DNA of 64,000 nucleotides from Vairimorpha necatrix (Eukaryota): NCBI GenBank assembly GCA_036630325.1, contig CP142735.1, positions 248,001 to 312,000 of the forward strand, read 5' to 3'. Shown piece by piece: positions 26,631 to 38,641 of this stretch (position 1 is its first letter; each line of letters starts with the position of its first letter). The notes under the pieces were generated by a model. It saw only the letters and a program-made list of their open reading frames with translations, ran no database searches and was not told where the DNA came from. The position numbers and the translations under genes were made by a program.

Positions 26631-27063
26631 AATATATATTCAATCTAAAATGATATTCACAAAAATCTATATCGATTCATATAACTAACCTAGCTAATAA
26701 CACACATACTAGTGCAAAAAATGTTCTTTTTATCAACGCCCATGTTACTTTTGCACAATTTCAAAAACGGTGTGACTTTTTTTCGATATCCCATTTACCA
26801 GTGTGTCAGGCTGCAGACCTGCACTGACGATACGGCTTCCAGTTAAACAATAATAATTGAACCTGTCAAACATCTCGAAGTAGTGTAAACAAACATTGAA
26901 CATTTGACATGCACAAACTAAAAGTAGGAAAAGTGCATGTCACATGAAGTACTACTACTTTAGTAGAACTTTGGTTTCTTGTTTGTTTGTTTACATCTCA
27001 AAGAGTTTGACAGTTAATCTAATTAACTATTTAAACGGAATTTACCCCTAACCCACAATTCCG

Positions 27064-30000
27064 ATGAGCAACAAAAAAGATAACAACTTAAATAAATATG
27101 TTAACTTAGACTCACCCTCTTCTACTTCGGATCAGGCTACATGCCGGATCACAAATGGCGACAACGAAGAGATTTGTAAAGAAGAAAATATGGATTCAAT
27201 ACTCTTAAAATTAAAAAATTTAATGTCAATGGAAAAGTGGATAACTTTTCAAGGACTAAAAACTGAAGATCCAAAGACATTTTTAGGGCAATTCTTATAA
27301 TATGAGAAGCAATGGCCTCAGAGCACCCTATATGCAAAAGCGACTTCAATGCTTAAGGGAAAAGCCGAACTATGGTTTAGAGCGAACGAAGAATCGATGC
27401 TCACATATAAGCAATTTGTTGAAAATTTTAAACGTAATTTTATTTAAAAAGAATCAGAAATAGATAAAACTGAAAAATTCTGGGACCTAATCAGGGAAGG
27501 CCCAATTCATCCAGATATGCTGTCATACAGTTACAGCCTACATATATACGCTGGAAAATTAGAATCCTTATTTAAAAGAAGTAAAGAGAAACTCAGAGAT
27601 TTATTAGATGACGAATACCTACGCGATGGTATAGAAAGATGTCATGATTGGAACGAGTTAGAGGAATACATAAAGTTAAAAGAAGAAAGATTAAACAAAA
27701 AAATTCGAATCTTCTATAAAAAACAATATAAAAATAAAAACAAATATAAAAATAAAAATGAATATAAAAATAAAAATGAATATAAAAGTAGTGAAAAAAA
27801 GATAGACTACAGGGGTAACGAGACAAGAGTCAGCCCCGATTCAAAGCCTTATAAAAAAGAATTATTTAAAAAGAATGAGCAAAAGAAAGCTCTAATTATC
27901 TCAGCAAAACTACTAAAAGTAAATGATCGAAGACCAAGAGTAAAATTAAATTTTGAAGATCAAGTTATAGTAGCATTATTGGACTCAGGGGCTAACGTAT
28001 CAGTTATACGTAGAAAAGAAGCGGAAGAGCTGAGTGATGAAATTCTAAAGGAAAAAGGAGAAATAAAAGGTTTTAATGGAAAAAGCAGAGTGATAGGCTC
28101 ATGTAAACTTAAAATAAAACCAAATAATCGCTCAGGAGCGGAAACAATTACCTTATTAGTGGTGAATGATATGGAGGAAGCGATAATTCTTGGGATAGAA
28201 GAAATTGAAAAATTAAATATGATAGACTATATTCCAATAAATCAAAAGAAAGTCGGTAAAAAAAGATCAATACCTAAGAAAAAAAGGATTGTATTAAACG
28301 CGGAAGTTACTACAAAGAAGGAAGATAGTAACCCGGATTTGAATGAATTAATTAAGAACATCAAATGTGAAAACACACTGTTAAGAAAGAAGTATACACA
28401 CACTCTTGAAAAATATACTAAACTATTCTCTGATGATAATTCTTTAAATAATATCGAGATCGAACACGCGATCGAATTAGTAAATGGAGCTACTATGTCT
28501 CCATGCCCAAAGTATAAAAGATCCCCGGAAGAACACAAGATCATTCGAGAAGAAGTTAAGAAATTCATTGAAAAGGGCATAATTGAGGAGAGTGAAAGTC
28601 AGTATATATCACCAGTGGTACTAGTAAAAAAAAGGATGGAGGTATTAGGTTTTGTATAGACTTCCGACGATTGAATAAAATAACAATACCATATGAATAT
28701 CCGATACCAAGGATTGATGAGACCCTGGATCAACTACAAGGGGCTAAAATATTCAGCACAATGGACGTTGAATCGGCATATAACCAGATATCTGTAAGGC
28801 AAGAAGATAGATTTAAGACTGCTTTCTACACACGAGAAGGAATCTATCAATGGAGAAAAATGCCTTTCGGGTTAATTAATGCACCCTTCACATTTCAAAA
28901 GATCATGAATAAATACTTTGCGAAATATATGCACAAATTTGTAACAATATACTTAGATGATATTTTAGTATATTCAAACAATCATGATAGCCATCTACAA
29001 CATTTAGAGACTATTCTGAGTATTATTAAGAAGGTAGGGCTGAAACTAAATAAGAAAAAATGTCAATTTGTACAGGAAAGTGTGGAATTTCTTGGATTTA
29101 GTGTGTGCAACGGAGAGATTTCAATACCTTTGCAGCAAAAGATGCGTTCAATCAATTGGCCCGAACCGAAGACAAAAAGAGATGTCAGGGCATTCAATGG
29201 ATATTCTTCATTTTTTAGCAAGTTTATTAATAATTACGCAGATAAAATGAATCCATTATACGATACGATTAAGGGAGCTAAAAATTCAAAACTGAAAATG
29301 ACAGAAGAAGCTTTGCAAGCATTTAATAATATGAAAAAAGAAATCGCCAATGCATCTGGCTTGAAACTACCAGATTTTAGAGAGAAATTTTACTTATATA
29401 CAGATGCATCGAACTTGGCATTGGGAGCAGTATTACAACAAGAAGATGAACATGGAGAATTGAGACCCATTATATGCATCTCAAGAACTTTGAGCCCAGC
29501 AGAAATTAACTACACGGTAACAGAAAAGGAGTGCCTAGGTGTAGTATGGGGAGTTAAAAAACTACGAGTTTATCTGACACAACAGTTCATAATAAGGACA
29601 GATCATCAAGCATTAAAATGGCTACTAAATCTAAAAGAGACTACAGGTAGACTAATGAGATGGATATTGACCTTACAAGAGTATAAATATATAATTGAAT
29701 ACATACCTGGAGAAGAAAATGTAATGGCCGATGCACTCAGTAGAATTGTGATGATAGCATCAAATACTCAAGAAGAGGAAAAGCTATCCGCCGACGAGAA
29801 GGTTCGAGTAATACTAAAAAGTCATCACGAGTGCGGACATGGCGGTGTTGATGCAACATACGTACTCACATTGAGAGAAAAAAAATGGAAAGGCATGTAT
29901 AAGGACGTGATCGAAACGATAAGAAGATGTAACATATGTAATCGACATTCACGTGGGGCCACTAATTTACAGAAAATCAGACTTCCACTGATGAATCCCC

Positions 30001-30848
30001 TGGATAGAATAGGGATAGACCTAGTAGGTCCTCTACCGAAAAGTTATAATGGAAATAGATACGTAGTAATCGCAACGGATTATGTAACTAGATGGTGCGA
30101 AGCAGAAGCGATAAAATCTAAATCTACAAATGTAATTGCTTTATTTATACTAAAGAAGATAATTTGCCAACATGGACCCCCTAAGGAAATATTGTCAGAT
30201 CAAGGGACGGAATTCACGAGCAGATTAATAAAAACTATATGTGGCATGATGAATTGTAAGAAATCGTTTACTTCAAGTTACAACCCAAAATGTAATGGGT
30301 TGGCAGAGCGCACTAATCAAACCTTGATAGGTAAACTAGCTAAATTAGTTGATGGTAGGTGGAAACAGTGGGATGAATACCTCCCCTATGCGATATTTGC
30401 TTACCGAATATCTCCAAGAAAACAATCTAAAAGGTCACCGTATGAACTTTTATATGGGAGATTACCAAATTCGTTTCTAGAGGCTAAGATAGATGATAAC
30501 ATCCTTGAAGATAATGGCCTTATAGTCGAGAGATTAAACGAATTTCGGAAACTAATGATAAATGAAGAAAAAGAAATACGTGCAAAAGAAATAACAAAGG
30601 TTAAAAAAGGTAGAAGCCCCGACGATATTGAAGAAAATGATTACGTAAGAAGGAAAAAACTGTTAACTGAAAAAGAGAATAAGTTAGATGCAAACTTTGA
30701 TGGAATCTATAAAGTCATAAAAAAGGGAAGAATGGAAACTATGAAATTGAAGGTTTAAATGGAATGCGATACTCAGTGAATCGAAAAGACTTAATGAAAA
30801 TTGAAGAGTCAGATCCAATAGATTGGATTCTTTCGAAGGAGGGGAGAG
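27064..30848 (+). pseudogene. gag-pol of element E: two TAA stops in gag and frameshifts in A-runs near 28625 and 30720
   Basis: LLDSGA, YLDD, TDAS, HHECGH..CNIC and SDQG motifs in ORFs 27517-28659 and 28671-30758. Confidence 0.9.
27727..27787 (+). repeat. 18-bp tandem repeat (about 3.4 copies) encoding YKNKN(K/E) in Gag
   Basis: TATAAAAATAAAAA(C/T)(A/G)AA units. Confidence 0.8.
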
Positions 30849-31216
30849 TGTCAGGCTGCAGACCTGCACTGACGATACGGCTTCCAGTTAAACAATAATA
30901 ATTGAACCTGTCAAACATCTCGAAGTAGTGTAAACAAACATTGAACATTTGACATGCACAAACTAAAAGTAGGAAAAGTGCATGTCACATGAAGTACTAC
31001 TACTTTAGTAGAACTTTGGTTTCTTGTTTGTTTGTTTACATCTCAAAGAGTTTGACAGTTAATCTAATTAACTATTTAAACGGAATTTACCCCTAACCCA
31101 CAATTCCGATGAGCAACAAAAAAGATAACAACTTAAATAAATATGTTAACTTAGACTCACCCTCTTCTACTTCGGATCAGGCTACATGCCGGATCACACA
31201 GTGAATATATATATAG

Positions 31217-31395
31217 TGTGATGTACATAACAACATCACATGACAGATGTCATATATGTCAAAGTGCATGTCAAGCATCAAGAGTACCCCCCCCCCCCCA
31301 AAAAAAAAAAAAGATGAGTCACACAAACAAACAAAAGTTGCATGGTCGTTACTACATTCGTAAGTACGGCAATGTTTGTGTTTATTGTTGACCAA
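31217..31395. repeat. Candidate solo LTR or LTR relic
   Basis: Starts with hairpin TGTGATGT-N8-ACATCACA like other LTR termini and is rich in TGACA/TGTCA and AAACAAACA motifs. No TSD found and the right edge is unknown. Confidence 0.3.
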
Positions 31396-33798
31396 GAATA
31401 ATTAATTAAAAATAAAACATAAAAGAAAGTCTGTCTTTAAAGGGGATGGAATATATGAGAAATAACAAAACCATCAATAAATATAATTAAGATAAAAACT
31501 ATTTTTGAATATTATTATAAAAATGACCATGTCCCACTAATACATGACATATACTTTTCAACATTTATAAAATATCCCATAGCTGTCCACTAAATAAAGA
31601 CATTTTTACCGACAACACGTTTTTAACTGTATCTTTCGTATCTCTTATACTTTCCATATCCGCATAATTCATTGTATTATTATCAAACGATGGACGTTTT
31701 AAGATCATTGAATAATCTTCATCTAAATTTTAAAAATAATTTCATGGAGTTATCAAATACTACTTGTTGATTATATTTGTCCAGATATTGTTGCATATTT
31801 CATGCCACTTTCCGTTTAACTACAATTTCATATAATAAATCACGTTACAAAACGCTTTAATTGATTGCTTAACAACAAGACTTGGCGTAAAATAACAAAT
31901 ATATGAAATTATACAGTTCTCAATATTTTATTGACTAATTAGCATAAATATTATATATAAGTTTACTCAGAAAGCATTTTACTTGCTTCACGTCCAAGAT
32001 GTAGAATTTTATAAATGATTTAAGTTTTGTTATGCATTAAATAATTTGTAACGTTAAATATACACCAAAAAACTGTGTATAATTTACTAAATAAATGAAC
32101 CATTGCCTATAGTATATATTATCGTACAAAAAACCCGTACTCGACGAATGGCTTATGCGTGCTTTATAAATCAAAAAAAATATTTTTATATCTGATTTTG
32201 AATTGAACCTGCTAAAATTTTTATACAATAAGGCTATAAAAGATCAATGTATTGATTGTTTTTTTCTTGCAAAGAATTATGTTTTTGTGTACATCTTTAT
32301 TTTATTTTATCTTTCTACCCCCAAATATAACAACTATCATTAAAAGATGTTTATGTAGCTTCAATACTCAAATATTATTTGAAGAGAAGCCAAAACAGAC
32401 TTGATTGTTACATTCAAAGACTATCACTTAGATTTAAACATTTAGTTTTGGATCAATTAAAAAATAAAAATCAACAGTGGGATTGTAAAACAAAAATAAG
32501 ATGTTTCGCAGAAGTTTATTTGAACAGTCCAAATGTAAACAATGGCGCTGATATTGAGCATATCGACTCTTTGTTTATTCTTCCAAAAGATTCATCAGAT
32601 TACATCTCTTGCAAATTATTTTCAGATTTACTCCTTTAATTATAGAAATATCGTGGACCGGAAAATTATTTCGAGAATAGATACTATCCTATAATATTTT
32701 TACTTTATATTGCAATTCAATGTTAAAATAATTTTTTTTCATAATTTTCAAAGTTTCTTGTCTCTTTTTTTTTCTTATGTAATTGATTTTGGAAATAATT
32801 GATAGTTTTTTTAAAAATGAGTAGATTGGAAATGTTAAAGGAAATAGTCGACAACATATACATGTCTTTTAACAAAAATAATAATAATTTTAAAAAAATA
32901 TTATTGTGGTGTTTCCATCGGGGAGATGGCCTAATAGTAAATAGCATTCAATAATGCTTCTCCCTGCATTTAATTTAGTTTTATTAAAATAGTATTATTG
33001 GTATTCCCGTGTGGGTAGTTAGTACTCCTCTTGTGGGGGGGGGGGTAGGCTTCTTGGTGTCCTCCCATGGTAATTGATATTCTCTTGATCGTACATCCCT
33101 TTTTGTGTGGGGTAAAATAAAAGGAAAATATTTATAGTAAATTATTTTGAAGAAAATTCACTTGGAGGGAAAATAAGAATAAAAATAATAATGTGGCAAT
33201 TAATACCACATACTACCTCCTCCAGCAGACTTTACATTCTTTATGTGTGTCCACACATTGTCTCCGTCCAGGTTTATCCAAAATCCCTTAGTTCCTACTT
33301 TCATTATTTTCCTTGGGGTTAATTCATACTTAGGGTCAAACTTGTTTGAGTTAAAATTGCGTTTATATACCTCTTCTCCTATAGTGTACTTCCTACTAAA
33401 CGTCTTGTGATGTAAACTGGTTTTAACTTCTTTTGTTTGGTTGAATGGATCATAGAAGTTCTTCTTGGAGACTACTGATATTGGAGATGTTCCTATCGTC
33501 CTGTTATAGTTTATATTTATTACATCCTCTGCTCTTTTAACTACATTTAATATATGTTTAAACTTGTTTAAAGCCATTATAAAAGCTATTGTGCTATTTA
33601 GCCTTTCAGAGACTCCATTACTACTGGGCGTATACACGGGAACTTGTATTTGTTTTATGTTATTCTCTTTACAGTAGTTATTTGCTGCGGTGTTATCAAA
33701 CTGTTTCCCTTGTCGGAAATAACGTATTTAGGTGTAGTATATTCTTCTTTCCATTTATTTAAGCATTGGATTACATCTGATGCTTTGATCCTCTCAAA

Positions 33799-36700
33799 TG
33801 TTGTACCTCCTGCGGAAGTACAACTCCAATAAAGATAAGTTTTGAGTAAAATGTTTATTTCTCTTATCTTCCATACCCCTAAGTATGGAATTTTCTTTTA
33901 TAGTTTTTTTTGTTTGTTTACGGGGTAAACAAATCAAGAAATGTCCAAATGATATGTTTGACATGTGGGATACCACATCCTACCCTCTTCTTTTAATGTC
34001 CTTTATGTGGATCCAGTTGCCTCCTTCTTCTACTTTGACCCAGTTTCCTTTCTTCCCAACCTCTTTGATCGTACAGGGTCCTTTATATTGTTCATCCATT
34101 TTCCCAGCTTTGAAATCTTTTACAAAAACTTTCTCATTTATTTTTAATTTTTTATCGTTATTCTGGTTCAGTGTGGCTGGAACTGATTTGTATTTTGGTT
34201 CCTTTAGGTTGCTTTGTCGTCTGAATGGGTCAAAAAAGCTGTATTGTTTCTCTAGTTCGAATGGATAACATCCAATAGTTCTTTTGTAATTTACGTTAAG
34301 TTTAATGTTAATTTTATTTGTTATGTCGTTGATGTTATTTAGCTTGTTTACCCTTAGACATTCAGCTATTATACTGTTTTGCCTTTCTGCCATTCCGTTG
34401 CTTTGTGGATGGTATATTGGAGTGTTAACGAGTTTAATTCCTCTACTTTCCTCATATTTTTCTCTGAGTTTTTCTCCGGTGAATTGTGTGCCATTGTTCA
34501 TGAAAATTTTTTCTGGCTGTTGAAATTCTTGTATCCATTTATCTATACATTTTATTATTGTATCTTCCGTGATGTTATATAGAAGGTATACCCTTGAGAT
34601 TCTTGAGTAAACATCTGTTATGCAAAGGTAATAAGCCTTATAATGGATTGTATCATGTTCAAAATTTTCAAGTTTAAATGGTCCAAATATGTCCATGGCT
34701 ATTGTTCCGTAAATTTTATCAGATTCGATCTGTAATTTCTGAGTTTTGACTTTCTCTTTCTTATTTAAGTTACACATTCTGCAATTTTTTGTTATTGCTA
34801 TTATTTTGTTCTTTAATCCAATTATGTTGTAGAAAGGAGAGAGATTCTTGTTTAATACTACGATTCCTGGGTGGCCGGCTAGTTCATGTATTTTCGTTAG
34901 AAAATTTTCTGCTTCGGCGTTTTTGATCATTATTTTGTCATCTTTATTTCTTTCCCAGTTTTCCTTTCCGGATTTATCGTCTGATATTTTTTCTACATAC
35001 TGTTCTATTATATTCGTAAGGTTATTTTCATGTCTGACATTTTCTATTTTAAAACATCTTGATAGATAGTCAGCTACTGAGTTATTCTCTCCTGCGATTT
35101 GTTTTATGCAGTAATTGTGCTCTATCATCATCGCATCCCATCTTTCTATTCTTCTGCTTATTTTGCTTTTAAATAGACAATTCCTGTTTTCTGTATAGAT
35201 TTCGACGTAATTTCCGAGTACTATGTTTCTGCAATTATCTATCGCGTATACTATTGCAAAGTATTCTTTTTCCACTATTGTATAAATTCTTTCTGTTTTA
35301 TTAAATTTCATGCTTATATTTAAAATTATTCCGCGTTCTTGTGATAGTACTGCACCCATTCCTAGTTCAGAGGCGTCGCAATGTAGTGTAAATTTTTTAC
35401 TGTAGTCTGGCAGTACTAGATGGCTATTGTTCTTTAGTGTACTTATTAATTTGTTTATTATTAGATTGTCTTCTTTTGTTAGCTTGACTTTTTTTTCGTT
35501 TCCTTTTAGCTTTTCGGTTAAGCTTAGAATTTCTAGACTTAAGTTTGGAATGTATTTTCTGTACCAATTAAATATGCCAATTATTTTTTGCAGGTCTTTT
35601 TTAGTGTGGCATTTCATGTTTTCTGTTAGTTTACAGTCTTTCGTGAGAGGGTACATTTTTCCGTTAAAAATTCTTGTTCCTAGGATTTCGGTGTCCTTTG
35701 TGCAAAACTCTGATTTTGCGAAATTTACATTTACATTGTAATGTTTCAATCTTGTGAACAGTTCTTTAAGCGTATTGAGGTGTGATTCGTAGTCCTTTGT
35801 GGCAATTATTATGTCGTCTATATATACTGAAATGTTATTTATCCCGAAAAGTATTTGTTCATGATTTTCTGACAAGCTTTTGGTCCATTTTTTAATCCAA
35901 AAGGAAGTCTTTTGTACCTGAATGTTTTACCAAATATCGAAAATGCTGTCCATTTTCTACTATCTTTTTTTTTTTTTTTTTCTTTGCAAGTAAGAGGTAG
36001 GGAGAAACCTTACATAGGGACCAGAGGGATTTGGGTTTGATCCTTTTCCAACTGGTACTGTGGGATTCTTACTCACTAAAACTCCCTCCGTATAACTTGC
36101 CGGTGCAGCAAGCTCCGCCGTATCCATTGGACTTTGGCTCCAGGAGAACACTTTCCATTTATACCTCAAATCGCGTCCAGAGTGACCTCACAGCGGATAT
36201 ACTTAACGGGCATGGTTATCTATAACCCGAGGAGAGACATCATCGTACTGACTCAAAGGTCCCTACAATCATCTGTATCGCACACACGGCTCCTTACACG
36301 ACCACATCCCCAGCCCGGCATTTTTATTGGACTGCGTTGACCACCAGTCTCCCACTAGTTTCGGCCACCGTGTTACAGAATCATGTAGGATAGGGTCCAC
36401 GAGACCTTCTATTGCCCTACTTCGTCTAGTCTCTTAGTTAGCTCTAGGATCCCACTCTAGAGTGCACCAGCCATGGGCTCCAACTAGGCCGTACCCATTA
36501 GATACTTTTATGTATCATTAAGTCACCAAAGGGCGATACTGCTTTTTGGCCTTGAGGTGCGTTTCTACACTAGATGCTAATCCCCTTGTGGCTGGACACA
36601 CACAAGTTTCATTGAATCAACTTAATGATTACCGTGGACATTTTCATCATCTGAGTTGTTCCAACTGCATCATAGAAAGTAGAAACAATTTGGTGCCCCT

Positions 36701-38641
36701 GGGACTCGAACCCCATTTTCTACTATCTTTTGCTAAGAGTAATTGATTAAACCCGTTTGTCAAGTCTAATTTGCCTATTACTTCGCTTTTACCAAGTTGA
36801 TAAATAATATCGTCCATTTTGGGTATTATTTCCACTTCATCTTCAACAAAGTTATTTATTTCTCTATAGTCTACTATTAATCTCATTTTCCCATTTTTCT
36901 TTTTCTTAAAAAATGCGGGACTTGTGTATCTTTCATTACATTCTTCTATTATGTCAGCGGTTATAAGTCGTTGTGTTTCGGCTATTGCATCTTCTTTAAA
37001 GTTTGATGGTACGGCATAGTTAATTTTCTTACATTTTATGTCGTTGTTTGAAACTTGTAATTTAACGTGATCTGTGTTTATAGGACAATTTTCTTTGATT
37101 TCTTTTTTATAATTATCTATAATTTCCCTAAGTCTTCCTTCTTCCTTAGTGATAAGTATTTTTCCTGGGGGGTTTTCGAATTCTGTTTCTTCTGCATTTG
37201 TTTTCATATTTACGGTTGCGTTGTTCCAGATTATTTTATTTCTGGAAAAATCTAATATAATATCGTTTTTCGATATGAAATCTCTACCAAGTATAATATT
37301 GACTGGTAGGTTTTTTAATAAGTAAAATTCGATCTTGCATGTCTCGTTTTGCTCCTTTAATTTTAAGTCGAGTTCTATTGTAGTGTTAGTTTTTTCACTA
37401 GATTTATTACCGAACGTTACCTGGATCTCTTTGTTTTCTCTGGTGGTGATGTTCCATTGTTCTACGAGATCTGCTTTGATAAAGTTTAATCCTGCTCCGC
37501 AGTCTATAGTTCCTGTTGACTCATGTTTTGTGTTGATTATGAGTGGGATATCGAGTTATTCGCCAATGGTACGATTTTCTAAAATAACATAGTTTAAAGA
37601 GTTTTTATTTTCCCTGGGCTCTGAAGTCTTTCTCGTTGTATTCTTTAAGTTTTGATTGGTATCGGGAACTAATGTCTTTTTGTAGTTGTTGAATTTTTCG
37701 TGTTTTACTTTGCTCATATTCGATCGATTTGTTTCATTGCTTTGCCCGCAGTCTCTTGTTGTATGTCCCAAAGTTTTGTGGACTTTACACCATTTTTTCA
37801 TGAATCTTATACCTGAGGTGTTATTTAGCTTTCTCGGTATGTTAAATCTTGTTATTATGTTTTCTTTTATTCTTTTTAGGGCTGGTATGATTTCGGGTAG
37901 TGTTTCGAGATATCTTACTGTTTCTAAGCCTAGTCCTCTGTATAGAGATTCCTTTGATCTTCGTTCGTATTCTTTCATGCTAAAGTTGGATACTTTACTG
38001 TAGATAGTTAATCGATTCATGATTTCGTTTACATAGTCGTCGAAGAAGATGTGGTCAGTCTGTTTGAGATTATCCAGTTCTGCTATTAAGTTCTCGACCC
38101 TTTTCTGTGAAAATACTTTGGACATGATGTATTTTTTGTTCTCTTCAAAATCATCTTTCAATTTGGTTTTATCTATAATCTGATCTTCTATAAGATCGTA
38201 TAAAAAGAGCCTTTTAGTTTCTTCATTCCATTGGTTCCTTTGGAAAATTTCTTCGATCTTTTTGAACCATCCTAGTAGATCGATTTCGAAAATGTCGTTG
38301 ATCAGTTCTACATTCTTAGTGATTCCTAGATCAACTTCACCTGTCTTAATTCTTATGGTGACTACTTTTGTTTCTTGAATTTTGGAGTTGTGCCCTGCGA
38401 TTTCTCTTCCTCGCGTGGGTGGGAGTACATTATATTTGTACACTCTTATTAAATTCAATATGTCGTACCTCCCGCGGAAGTACAACTCCAATAAAGATAA
38501 GTTTTGAGTAAAATGTTTATTTCTCTTATCTTCCATACACCTAAGTATGGAATTTTCTTTTATAGTTTTTTTTTGTTTGTTTACAGGGTAAACAAATCAA
38601 GAAATGTCAAAAATGATATGTTTGACATGTGGGATGCCACA
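33799..38641 (-). mobile_element. Ty3/Gypsy element G (~4.1 kb net), RT interrupted by a SINE-like insertion
   Basis: LTRs 33799-33977 and 38461-38641, TSD TCAAA, PPT AAAAGAAGAGGGTAGGA. Gag 37556-38536 with WCKVHKTLGHTTRDC, RT-RH-IN ORF 33980-35875 (YIDD). Confidence 0.93.
35965..36712 (-). mobile_element. tRNA-headed, poly(A)-tailed SINE-like retroposon (~750 bp, 5'-truncated)
   Basis: TSD CCATTTTCTACTATC (35950-35964 / 36713-36727). The 5' end reads GGTTCGAGTCCCAGGGGCACCA (T-arm plus acceptor strand), and the 3' end is an A-tract. Removing it restores host RT LAKDSRKW-TAFSIFG. Confidence 0.85.

Larger units (their letters stand above)
26804..31198 (+). mobile_element. Ty3/Gypsy element E, full length, recent
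   Basis: 350-bp LTRs at 26804-27153 and 30849-31198 appear identical. TSD CAGTG, PBS TGGCGACAAC at 27156-27165, PPT GAAGGAGGGGAGAG. Confidence 0.95.

Noticed and set aside
19507-27447. Alternative genetic code with TAA read as sense
   Set aside because: The internal TAAs are at non-homologous positions, and intact ORFs such as 20229-21122 terminate with TAA.
32379-32639. Possible host gene fragment (also 21955-22300 and 42700-43200)
   Set aside because: Short, with no recognisable motif, so no call can be supported.
35965-36712. Hammerhead/HDV ribozyme, RNase P/MRP or IRES in the SINE-like body, and its short ORFs
   Set aside because: No complete catalytic-core motifs were recognised by eye and the ORFs are short and featureless. 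An Rfam search is needed.
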